Shown in pieces: positions 52,701 through 64,000 of a DNA stretch of 64,000 nucleotides (the stretch's first letter is position 1; each line of letters opens with the position of its first letter). Below the pieces are notes generated by a model that did no database searches, was not told the DNA's origin, and saw only the letters and a list, made by a program, of their open reading frames with translations. This DNA comes from Puccinia triticina (Eukaryota), in the NCBI GenBank assembly GCA_026914245.1, contig CP110439.1, positions 5,828,001-5,892,000 on the forward strand, given 5' to 3'. Both the position numbers and the translations under genes were made by a program.

Positions 52701-52853
52701 GTACAAAGGCTCGTAGCCGTGTAAGCGACCTGGTTGGAGACGAATTCCACCCACGCAAGAGTCTCTCCACAACAGCAAGAACGACGACACCCGGTGCTTT
52801 CTAACCCACTCGTCCAACCACAGCTGACACACCCAATCCGAACGTGTGCGCTG

Positions 52854-55197
52854 ATGAGCTCCTACTGTCTCGGCCAGTTCATTGCGCCGATTTTCTCCTC
52901 GCGGTTGCCAGCTGCCAACGAGGTACCGCAGGTGGGCTTCCTACAGCGCGGTCGCACCCAAGTCCATGTGTATGGCAGCCGACGGATCATGATAGGAGAT
53001 CTCAGCCCCAGAGCTAGTGAGCAGCTTGGTCCGCTCCTAGGCCCAATATCATCCTGTTCGGCTCCAGTCACGTGTAAGAACTTTTCAGCCAACGATCAGA
53101 GTCTCATGAAGATACGCGCATTCGTCGTGATCCGACGAGGGGTCCAACCCGAGCTATGGGGCTGCGTGTTCAGCCGTTTCGAACACATTCAGCATATTCA
53201 AACAGCTTTTGCGGCTGCACACTTGGAGTTGACCCCACTGTGGAACTACAACCCAAGCTTATACTTTGACATCCCGCACTTTGTTTCCGACACAGCTGAA
53301 GCCGGGATGACAGCTAACGATGCGGGGGTGGCAACAGCTCTTCGGCAATGCCGTACCGAGCTCAAAGCCCATCAACTGACTGCCCTGGTGTTCCTCCGAA
53401 AGAATGAATCATCCGTTGATCAGAGTTTAGGACTGTGGCATCATCCCGCAAATGTGTGGCTTTGCCGCTTTACTGCTCAAGCCGGGATCAACACACCGGA
53501 CCATCCAACCAAAACCCAGTCCCGCGGCTCTATCCTTGCAGACGACATGGGGTTGGGGAAGACATTGACATCCCTCACGTTCATCTTGGCTTCTGCGGAT
53601 TCTGCTGTGCAGTTTCAATGGGAGGATTGGATCACACGCTCTGCAGCTACATTAGTCATTTGCCCCCTGGCAACACTATCTAACTGGGAGCGTGAGATCA
53701 AGATCCATTTTCGGAATGACACAATCACTTACCATGTTTTTCATGGGCCAAGTCGGAAACAGCTTAGTAGGCAAGACCTGCAATTGGCGTTGGTGGTGCT
53801 TACGACTTACGAGATGATTGGGGAGAGTGGGAATAGGCTACATCCAAACCAGCTCACCATTGAATCACTGAATCTGTGCTGGTACAGGATTGTGGTGGAC
53901 AAAGCTCAGTGAGTTTTGTGGTCGAGATAACATCCTAAGCTAAGAAAGGACACTCATTTTTGTTGATTCAAGCCTGATGAGGAATCCAGCTTCAAACCGG
54001 ACCCTAAATATTCAGCAACTCAAGTTGCGCTTTGTACTATGTCTAACGGGAACACCGGTGCAGAATCGCCTAACTGATCTTCAAAGTTTGATCACAACGT
54101 TGGAGATTGCGCCTTGGGACAATGAGCTCATCTGGAAGAAATGTCTCATTCCACGAATGAAGGTTGGGGCCCCGGAGGCTATCCAGAGTCTGAACCCGCT
54201 GATGATTTCGGTCTGCCTTAGAAGAACGAAAGATGTTCTCTTGAACCTACCAGAGAAGGTCGAACATGCCGTGGTAGTCCGATGTAGCCCGCAATGGGAA
54301 GAACTATCCAGGGAGTTGCACGCAAGATTCATTGGGGCGTTTGGGAGACTTCGTGCAGCGGGGGAACCGTGGGACCCTGCTGAGTTTTTCCGCCAATTGA
54401 CCAGGCTTTGCCAATTCTGCAACCATCCGATCTTTGCACGCTCAGAGATGCCGCTCAAAACAACTTGGCAATGGGAGGATTCTGGCAAGATCCTGCACTT
54501 GATCAGCAGTCTGCAAGCTTTCTTAAGTGGAGTCCGAGGGATCAATCGACCCAAGGCAGTGGTATTTTCGAGTTATGTAGGATTCTTAGATATGTGAGTT
54601 TGAAGTTTTGGTTCCAACTCTGCTGGTGGCGCGTGCTGATTGGTGGTAATTGAAGCATTCGGCAGGCTTTGGGGGAGAATCATATTGCATCAACTTCACT
54701 CACGGGGGACTTGACTGTGCGGCAGCGTGATGACAACCTCGCCCAATTCCGAGATGATAGTAGCTGCCAAGTTCTCTTGGCATCACTACAGGCAGCCGGA
54801 GTAGGAATTGATCTGCGATGTGCGCAGAATGTATATCTTATGGCAAGTTCTCACTGAATTTGGGCGGAAGGCTAAGCTAGCTCATGTGACTCCTGAAACT
54901 CTAGGAACCCAGTTGGAACCCAGCAAATGAAAATCAAGCCACTGATCGCCTTTACCGTTTGGGTCAAACCAAGACAGTTTCAGTCTATCGGTACTATATA
55001 CAAGGGAGCCTTGAGATGAACATATATCAAGTACAGAGAAGGAAGGGAGAATTGGCATTGTGAGCAAGTTGCTGAGGTTTTGTGATGTTACTCTCCCAGT
55101 ACTCTGACGTTGTTGGCCCCATAGGCTTAGTGTACCAAATGTAGGGAACGAGGAATATGAATGTGCTCAGCTGCTGATGACAAGCTTGCTAGGTTGA
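52854..55197 (+). CDS. Rad5/HLTF-like SNF2 ATPase with putative HIRAN-like N-terminus and no RING; spliced frame open, Walker B reads DKAH
   Basis: Predicted exons 52854-53908, 53973-54593, 54656-54842 (GC donor follows), 54905-about 55059 and about 55124-55197. Motifs: GSILADDMGLGKT, TLVICP, VLTTY, IVVDKAH, LTGTPVQN, LRRTK, FCNHP, SGK, KAVVFS, LASLQAAGVGIDL, EPSWNP...QATDRLYRLGQ. Confidence 0.9.
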
Positions 55198-55226
55198 CAT
55201 GATAGTACTTACGGAAATGTAACCAT

Positions 55227-57815
55227 TCAAGCGATTGTGACCAGATTTGGCCATTCTACAGGATCGAGTGTATTGAGAAGTTCCTTTTGTGAGTTGGAAA
55301 GCGTCTTCAGGTATTCTGGAGAGTAGCAGTTGATGGGTAAGTTGCGAGGCACTTCTTTGAAACTGTGCAATGGGGCGGAGTCGGAAGGCTTTCTGCGGGA
55401 CTCAAGAAGGAGCTCGAGGGCATATAGCCGCCCATTGGTATTGGCCTTTTTCTGTGCGTAGATTCTGTCTAACTGTGCGGCAAGCAAGGTGAATGAATCT
55501 GATCGCCACGACAACGGCAATTTGACAAGAGATTTCGAAGGTGTGGACTCGGTCTCAGAGGTTGCTTTGATGTTGTCAAAGACTGATCGGAGTGTAGGAC
55601 GGACAGGAAGAGAGGAGAGGGTCTCTTGACAATGTTGCCGAATCTGAAAATGAGTATGTCCCTGTGAGATTAGCACGTGGAGGATATGGAGCTCAACAGG
55701 AGAACAATATCTACCTGCATGCGGATTTTGGATTTGCTTTTTCTTCAATTGCTTTGCCGGGCAGAATCGGCCTAATCTGAGGCCCTCTTGCCTGCCGACA
55801 AACCATCAATGGAGAAGGCCATGCTGGACAGCGGGGTTACTAGCTTCGACAGGATCCATGAAGAACATTTTAAACGCGCCTGATTGATAGGCATTCCGCC
55901 AATGCTTCAGAATAAATCTGGAAAGCAGCTGGTTCCAAGGGGCTCCCACGCATGATCCCAGCAGAAGGTATGACCTGGGAAGTGTGATTTTGAAAGGTCA
56001 TGAAGGAAGATATTTCTGAAGATCGGGTGGACAGTTTGAGATTTGCCGAGCAGGCCTTCTGCAGGAAAAGGATCTATTGGGTGAATCAGGATTGAATCAG
56101 GAAGGTTGGAGCCTACGTGAAAGTTGTGAGCGGAGGGACGGATTCGCCAGAGATCAGAAACAGGTTTTGTAGCCGAAGTGTTCAAGTCAAGCAGAGTTCT
56201 GATGAAGGCAGCCATGCTCCGTGAGCATGGTGACTGGGAATTTGGTATGAAAGTTGAGTAGATAGCGTTGATTTTGGCAACACCTCGGGGGGGTTGACCT
56301 TTGAGAAGATTGGCATTCGTGGATGACATGGGGCGTGGGCAATGAGGTGGAATGAATGAGCGGATTGAGGTGGGTGGGGGCCAGAGGTGATGACCTTAAG
56401 TGTTGGTGGGATAGGTGGTGATGGGTTGACAAGACAAAGGACAGTCTTTGCACCTTGCAAGCGGGGACGCGATGGGGTCCAAACACTCATATAAGACAAG
56501 GGGAGTGATAGGACGTGGTTTATTTGGGTTCTGCATGCCGGGAAGGAAGGGGAAGAGGGCATTTGAGAAATGTCCATCATGATGTTCGGCCGAACATCAC
56601 GGTGGACATTCCCTGTTGGCTGGACAGTGAGTGTCGGGTAAGCAAGATGGCGGTGTGAGCTCAGGCTCTGGCGAAGGACCGGTTTATTAGTGGTCTGGCA
56701 AAGCAAATGTCCACCGTGATGTTCGGCCGAACATCAGGGTGGACATAGGCTAGCAGCGTGCAAGCAGAGAAGCGTAATATCCCAGCGGTGCTGTGGGATT
56801 TCACTACACACAGCAGTGTTACTTCTTCAGTAACTTGGTCACCTTGCTCCTTGTCAGCACACACTCATCCATTGTAGATTGTGGTTGATGCAATGGGCTC
56901 TGTCTTTTAGAGGTCTTATTTGGCAGTACATGGCTGGGACCAGCCCAGACCAGCTGACTTAATCTGCCTGAAGCAACTTTTTGTTCTGCTGATGGGCCCA
57001 GGAGTAAGGCGCGACCAATCTCAACACTTGAGATACCGCCTCTCAGCATTTCGAATGACTCGGGTGGGGGTGTTCGTGGGGCGGGAGAATGCTGAATGTG
57101 ATTATGACCTCCTGGTGGCTGATTTTTAGTGTAGAAGGGCAATCTGCCACCATTTCTATTCACGTGTGACATTTGCTGTTGCCTGCCGGCGGCGGGAAGG
57201 TATATCTCATATTCTGTGGCAGAGGGCCGGTCAAAGGGGACAGGCAGCTTTACAATGGAGCAGTAGCAAGAAGGAGGGAGATCTTGAGGCGGTGTGTTCA
57301 CTATCCATGACAGAGGCCATTGCTGCATTGGCGGCCCTACCCAAATGCAATCATTCCGGTCAATGCCAGATGGCAAAGTACATTGTTAGAGCCACAAGCT
57401 ATGATTTACCTTAGCGGCTGAGGAAGGTCCCGGAGGTCGAGGTCCCTTGGGCACCAGCGTCATCGTGATGTCCAGCAAAGTTGGCGCAGACGGGACCTGC
57501 AAGCAAGGAGGGACCGGGAGAATGAGTCTGCTGATGCGTGTTAGGGTCTATTAGACACAACTAACCCTTTCTGTGGCGATTTCTGATGGCATTCCATGTG
57601 GCGGTCACATCAGGCACTGCCCATTGAGGGATCCTCATGTCTGCGGCATCCGCAAACAATTTGGCTTGAAACTGGTATGCCAACTTGACATTGATCCCAT
57701 CGTCCGTGATTTCACCTGCCCCTGCAACGACCCGCTCCATCTCTGCGTCCACAAAAATCTGCTTGGCTTGGAGCCACTGGAGCTGCATCGGAGAGAAATT
57801 GAAGGTGCTCTTCAT
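55227..57815 (-). pseudogene. Uncharacterised multi-exon transposon-associated gene (FxWD..WN / WRS..LD / PxxLPxxxY family), frameshifted
   Basis: ORFs 57561-57815, 55907-56329 and 55227-55748 are linkable through plausible minus-strand GT-AG introns. Motifs HTFCWDHAW..WNQ, LSWRSDSFTLLAAQLDRIY, VPRNLPINCYSPEYL. Confidence 0.6.
56570..56746. repeat. Two copies of a 40-bp near-perfect palindrome
   Basis: 56570-56609 and 56707-56746; consensus ATGTCCACCGTGATGTTCGGCCGAACATCACGGTGGACAT is its own reverse complement. Confidence 0.95.
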
Positions 57816-58391
57816 GATTCGATTTGGGATGGTAGAATGTTGTTGACCGGGCGACTTATCGAATTGATGGAGGGAAACTTTCAGAGTTAGGTGGATTTGC
57901 TTTATCCCACAGGGTCCTACCCTCTGTTTTCTCTGTCGCTTTCACTCAGTCGGGGAGGTTCCACGGTGAGTGGGAGTTAAAATGGGCCTCCGTGGGGGCG
58001 TTAAAGCGCTACAATATGTAAATTGGTCACCTGGCAATGTCAATCCCGCTTCTTCTTGAGGAAATGTCTTGAATGGCCATTACCGACATGTCCCAGCAGC
58101 AATCTGCATAGCCTCCGGACTTGCTGGATGGAAGTGTGATTTGGCATTGGCATTTCTGACCGAGGCAGTGGCGAGTTGCTTGACTGTAGGAACTATTCAG
58201 CTCATTGGGCGCCCTTAGAACCACCTCATCTATTTCTGCACCTGGCACGGCTTGATTTGCAGTGGTAATCATCAGTTGTCCAAGGCCTCAGCTGCATCTC
58301 ATCTCCAAACCATCCAACTCGAAACGCCCGCGCTACTCCAAGTTACACCTGGCGACAAAATCAGCCCACATCACCATATCTTGTCCTTCCC

Positions 58392-61300
58392 ATGGCAAAT
58401 CGGCCGCTTCACGTCTGTCTATGTACACACTTTGGCTGCAGCGACGCACAGCATGAAGAAGACGGTCGTGGAATTGTTCCTGGGAGGGTTTTGTCCCCCC
58501 GTGTTTATCGGGATCATCAACAGAAATTGAAAGTTGAGCAATCCAAGCGCAAACCTTCACAATTGGCCAGCTCTGCCGCTGCGTCAGCCCCTGAAGCCCA
58601 TGTGAGTGAAACCAACGGGTGAGATGAGTTCTTCCGAGGAGCGTTGCTGATCCACCGTTTTGGCAGCAGAGTGGCACAAGTGCCTCTGCAGGTGCCACAG
58701 AAATGACTAGTATCACATCTGGACACTTTGTGCCACAAGAGGCATTTTGCAAGCAGGTTATGGTGCAGATGGCTTCGTCGGTGATGGCTAACAAGCTGAC
58801 TAAGAATGGAGCGGTGGATTTCCTGAAAGCCGCCCGGGCGAATGTTTCACTTCTCGCACAGATCTGGAGCATGAAGAATCAGACAACGATTGATCCAACC
58901 CCAATTCTAGAGCAGATTCCCAGGACTCAGGAAGCTGTCTTCCATCGTCTTGGCCTTAAGCCCAACCTGACCATACATATCTGCTGCAAGAAATGCTTTG
59001 CACTCTACCCACTCAATTTGGCGCCTGGAGATGGTCCGCAAACTTGTACTCAGCCCTTCCTTTCCCCCAGGCAGGGCTTCTGCAAGTGGGCCAAGGCCAA
59101 GAATCTGAATCCGACGTGCGATCAGCCACTGTACAACGCCGGTCTGCCTGCTCGGACGTTTCCTTTTGTATCACTGAGATCATGGTTGCGGGGCCGGCTA
59201 TCCCAACCTCCGTTTGAAGCCTTATTAGATTCAAGTCTGGTCGCCAGTAACTGGCCGGATGACCAGCCATTGGAAGACGTGTGGCACGGCCGGGTGTGGC
59301 AAGAATTTCCAAATTTGGACGACGGTACGGGATTGTATACAGCACACTCCGGAAACCTGGTCTTCAGTTTATATCTCGACTGGTTTAGCCCCGGTGGATC
59401 CTCAAATCTTGGGAAGCACACAACAGTTGGGGCAATAACTTTGGTTTGCCTGAATCTGCCCGCAACTCACCGATATAGGTTGGAAAATCTCTTTCTCTTC
59501 GGCATCATTCCAGGCCCTAAAGAGCCAAAGCTTGAACAGATCAACCATATCTTGCGACCATTGGTGGAGGAGCTGAAGGAGTTTTGGGGCGGGGTTTCCT
59601 TTGAATCGACTAGTCTCCATCCCACCGGGAGAACCATCCGTGCGGCAATATTCCCACTCATTGCCGACCTCCCGGCCATACGGAAGACCGGCGGATTTGG
59701 GAGTCACGCTGCCCAACTGTTTTGTGCCTTTTGTCTCCTCACTAAGGACAACCTGCACGAGGCAGATACAACCAAATTCCCTCAGCGCACTGACGAAGTA
59801 CACCGGAACCATGCATCCACTTGGCTGAAGATACAGAATTGCACAGAACGCAAGAAATTCACCAAAAAGCATGGCGCCCGATGGAGTGTGCTGAATGAAC
59901 TCACGTATTGGAAACCGGTTACATATTGCTCGATTGAAGTGATGCACGCCTTGGTGCTGAGTGACTTGAAAGATCACAGCTTCCGATTCTTAAATTTGCC
60001 CTTGGCTGGTGCGCAACTTCAAGCATCACAAGAGATAGACGAGGCATGGCAGAACGACAAGTCCTACTCGGAGATGCCCTTTGGTGATCACCCGCATTTG
60101 GCAGAGAGTCAAAAGGGGAAGAGGAAACTGACAAGCGACATCACGGAAGCGCCCGCCGCTGAAAGACCTAGCAAACAAACCCGTCAAGCTCCTGTTGCCG
60201 GTGGATGTAGCCGCATGGCGCCGACAGAAAGGAAATCTTCACAGATTTGTGCCTCCACAGATCCTAACTCTCAACAATCCCCGCACGCCCACTCAGACAC
60301 GTCATCCACGCACTCCTACGCATTGCGTCAGAGAAAGAAAATGTCGTACACCACGTCCGATGATCACGAATCTAGCGAATCTGAGGAGGAGGGTGGCAGC
60401 GATGATACTGTCAGGGGTGTGAGAAGACAAGCAAGAAACCCACCTTTGCCAGCTGATGATATGAGCTGTCCTCGATTGTTGCCTGAAGAACTTGATGTGG
60501 TCCGACGATGTATCCTACACACTGTCCTGCCGTCTTGGATTGACCGAGTGCCACACAATCTAGGTTCTGCTTCTCACGGTTCATTAAAGGCAGCCAAGTG
60601 GTTAATCTTGTATAAGGTGTACTACACAATGGCACTCATTCCAATCTGGGTCAGATGTCTGGCAGACACGGGCACCACCCAGAGCAAAAGAAGGACTTCA
60701 TTGCTATTAGAATCAACTACCACGCTTTCTCAAGTGGCACACTTCCTGACTCTCCCTAGGATAAAGTTGCAAGATTTGGCCGAACTTGACAGTTTAATAT
60801 TGAAATACCGAAGATGTCTGCAAACTGGCTGGCCGACAAAATCAAGCAAACCAAACTTGCATCTGACTCAGCATTTCTCTGATGTAATCCGGAGGTTTGG
60901 TCCTCCTCGCTCAACGGCAGCATGGGCACAGGAGAGAGTGAACGGGATGTTACAGAGGCTCCCTACCAACAACCACCTTGGTGAGTGCTTGTCTCCCTTT
61001 GGCTGCAGTCATAATGGCTGATGTTGAGTGATGCTTATTCGCAGGAGACATCCCCAAGACTCTGCTCAAGAAGTGGCATATGAACTCAACTCTCCGCTCT
61101 CTCCAAAATGACGCAACCTATGCTCAATCCTCTGCCGCCGAGGATTCAGATAAAGGGGCATCAATCAAAATGAACCTTCAGCAGCCTTTGTTTGTGCGGT
61201 GGCAAAGGGCTGTGGGCCTGCAACAGCGGAGGAGTGATGGAAAACCAATGACGCAATTAGACCTCAATTTGAATCCTACTGTGGACTCTGTCAGCAGCAT

Positions 61301-61764
61301 CCAGATTGACCAGAAGACCTTCACAACAAAGGAGAATCACGAGGGAAACTCAATGGTTGAGTTCTACTTAGGCAATGTTCAACGATTTGGAGAAACACAC
61401 CACATCTTCCAATCAGAACAAACACCGGGGACAACATGGCTCGCGGTGAGGCCATTCAAAGAACTACAAAGGAAGGATGATCCGTACGGAGATTACCCCG
61501 ATCTCAACTGCAGATTAGTCAAGGCCGAACTAGAGGTGATGATGGTGGTTAATTGTGCACAAGTGATTGGGCATGTGGCCATCATGCGGCATGTTGCTGG
61601 GACGTTTGGTCTGTCCACTGAGACAATCAGTGCCGTAGGATTACGCACCGCAGTAAGTCCTTCTGCTTGGCAGGGTTACCCAGTGTCTGTTTGGCACGAG
61701 TTGACTTTTTTGTGTGGGCTTTAATTACGTTGTGCAGGGCTGGGAAGGCCTTGTGGATGATTGA
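58392..61764 (+). CDS. CACTA/EnSpm Tnp2-family (Transposase_21-like) DDE transposase, about 1050 aa, spliced frame apparently uninterrupted
   Basis: Exons 58392-58601, about 58670-60980, 61045-61652 and 61738-61764 (gtgagt/gtaagt..cag introns). Motifs: CCKKCFALY, DVWHGRVW, LYLDWF, CLNLPATHRYRLENLFLFGIIPGPKEP, INHILRPLVEEL, IADLPA, CAFC, RWSVLNELTYW, EVMH, LPSWIDRVP, KPNLH, FGP...WAQERVNG. Confidence 0.93.
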
Positions 61765-62401
61765 ACCGAAGTGGCAGCGGGGCTTGGAAGGGAGGATGGT
61801 TGTGATTGTGTAGTAGGATCCTCTCTTGTCAAGATCCCTATGTGTGGTACCATCCTCATCCCGTACAAAGGGGACCCCCGTCTCATGTCAAATCAAGGCC
61901 TGCTTGATGTGTGTCCGAATTATTGTGAACATATACAAATTCGGACTTAGTTGCGACTTGGTTCACCCATCCTTGTGCCCCAATTTTCCCTCTTATTTAT
62001 CTGCCGCATAAAAGATTTCCGGTCCACTGGCCCTCTGCTACGACTCTCCTGCTCTGTTCTCCAAGGTCCACATTAACCTGGTCTTGCCCTTGCGCCCCAC
62101 AATCTCGTCTATAATCACTCCCACCAATGCTCCTCTGGGTGAGCAGCCAGGTGCTGAGGGAAACGGTGCCCCCCCGTCAAGCTCAGACGAGTCATGGATC
62201 GCAGCTCTGGTGGATGGTCTGGTCCCCAAGTTTCAAGCCGATGGAAGCATGCAATCCGGTGATTCGGCCATGCAGACTGCAAACAAAGGCAAGTCAAGCA
62301 ATGGTTGGCCTTACACAAGTTGATGAGACCAACCCCTGACCCAACTTCTGTGCACAGCCGAGGCAGCTCAACGCGCATCGGAGCCCGAGGATCTGTCCCG
62401 G

Positions 62402-63808
62402 TTGGACCCTGCATTTGTTGTTGCCAAGGCGAGGAAATCTAGAACCAAAGCCGGAGAGGTCGAAGAAGGGCGGAAATCTGGGAGGCGGGCCAAAGGTATC
62501 GCGCGTAAGAGTGCGCTTGCGGAGCACCACGATGCACTTTCTTGGAGTATCCAGAGTTTCATCAAATTCTTCCTTGGCAATCCTGACAAGCCTCAAGATT
62601 ACCCGATAACTCCAACTGAACCGGAACTTGCAGGCCAATATTGGATGGAGAAGCAAAGTGCTGTTATCCTTCAACAGCTCGACAGAGTTCGCGCCGCTCT
62701 TGTCGGCAAGCCGGCTGCTGAGATAGATTACTATGTCGGTGTTGCAGAGAAGGAAATTCGGAAAAATCTCACGCTACCACCTTTCACTTCTGCATCCATG
62801 CAAGGTCCTGGGAAGGGCTGTAAACCAATAAGCCTGCCAGTCAAGGCTGATGTCGAGAGGACCTTAGCATTGGCAGGCATCTGTCGAGTCACCTTTCAGT
62901 GGGATGCGACGCAGCCCGGGAGCAGCTCCGCGTGGAACTCAGCAATTATTGAGATCTTGGCCTTGAAGTCTGTAGATTGGATTTGTTGAACCACATCTGT
63001 CACCGATGAGCAGGCGGCTCAGGCACCCGCCATTATCCAACGATGGATCCACACCAAGTTGCGCGAACTTCGAGAATTCCAGAACATGGATGTCCCGACT
63101 TACAACGGGATCAAGAACCGCAAGGCTAAAGTGGACCAACACCAACGAATGCGCAAAAAGGTGAGATCATCCCATCTCCTGCCCCCCCAACCTTCTGACT
63201 TGCCGGATGAAATGGCTCACTCCTCGTGTGCTCCTGTGTGTCAGATCAAGGAAAATCAATGCTCCATGGTTGACAAGCTGTTCCAAACCAACATCCAACT
63301 TGCCAATATTGTCGAGCAGAGGGAGTGCGGCTCCGACATTGAAGACGCCGGGGAGAACATCGCCCCTCTCTCTCAGATCCCCGACTGGAGGAGTGATGAC
63401 CTCACAAGCATCTTACACTGCCTCGACAAGATGACCATTGCGCGCGGACAACATCACAAAACCGTTGCGGCCAATCAGAAACTCTATGCTCGCTCAAAAC
63501 GCAACTTCAAGAGCACTAAAGGCATAATAGGTGTTCCCTGCAGGCTACCTCTCGACTCTTACAGCAAACTTTATTGGACTAAGCTTGGCGCCTTTGAGCA
63601 GGATACTATCTCTAAAGTCCCGGCGATAGGTCTTGATGTCATTGCGCGTGATCTACTACTAGCTTGCCAGCCTGCCGCAGGACCTGCAGGCTCTGGCACT
63701 CCCGCAACTGCGCCAGCTGGAAACGTGGGATCCACGAGCACAAGCAGACCGCCCGCCGATGGGCACCTCGACGTTCAAACTGGTGGCCCGATGAACTTGG
63801 ATCGGTGA
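62402..63808 (+). pseudogene. Uncharacterised transposon-associated gene, paralogous to 55227-57815; one in-frame stop near 62987
   Basis: RVTFQWDATQPGSSSAWNSAIIEIL, IPDWRSDDLTSILHCLDKM, VPCRLPLDSYSKLYWTKL; intron at about 63161-63244. The true start probably lies further upstream (about 62.1 kb). Confidence 0.65.
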
Positions 63809-64000
63809 TTACCCACTCTAGCGGGTTGTTGGAAACGGTCCACGGATGATATGTAATGGAATGTTTTGTCCATCTTTTTGCTATAGATTACTGCCGTAGT
63901 GTGTAGGTTTTAGGAATGCAAGGGGAAACTCCTCTGTGCTGCGCCCTGTGAGACATCCAGTGTCCATCCCCTCCAGGCTGACGTTGTCAGGTTGGGAGGA

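Noticed and set aside
51800..52850. Left TIR of the putative SNF2-carrying CACTA element
   Set aside because: Several cactg words occur, but none matches the MITE TIR or can be paired with a right end inside the window.

Overview
Eukaryotic, intron-containing, transposon-saturated DNA. The protein families, short GT-AG introns and CpG/TCG mutation pattern point to a rust fungus (Pucciniales, Puccinia-like); this is an inference. No clearly intact housekeeping gene is present. From left to right: (1) a mosaic of host-gene fragments (RSP5 WW+HECT start, a TPR protein, an ABCC transporter helix); (2) a disrupted Ty1/Copia element carrying CACTG-ended MITEs and a Mutator-like transposase with an N-terminal GCM-like domain and a C-terminal USP-like protease module; (3) Gypsy remnants, one fused in frame to a Copia tail and one with a chromodomain; (4) two Copia elements with paired short LTRs and tRNA-iMet half-molecule PBSs; (5) a decayed SNF2 helicase; (6) a CxC1-KDZ (Kyakuja-type) transposase; (7) a complete 970-bp non-autonomous CACTA element; (8) from about 52.8 kb to the end, a compact multi-gene block. 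That block holds an apparently uninterrupted Tnp2 (CACTA/EnSpm) transposase, a HIRAN-like, RING-less Rad5/HLTF-type SNF2 translocase, and two divergent paralogues of an uncharacterised family. It is the best candidate for an undescribed system: a cargo-carrying CACTA transposon with its own fork-remodelling ATPase. All family assignments were made by eye from motifs; no database searches were run.
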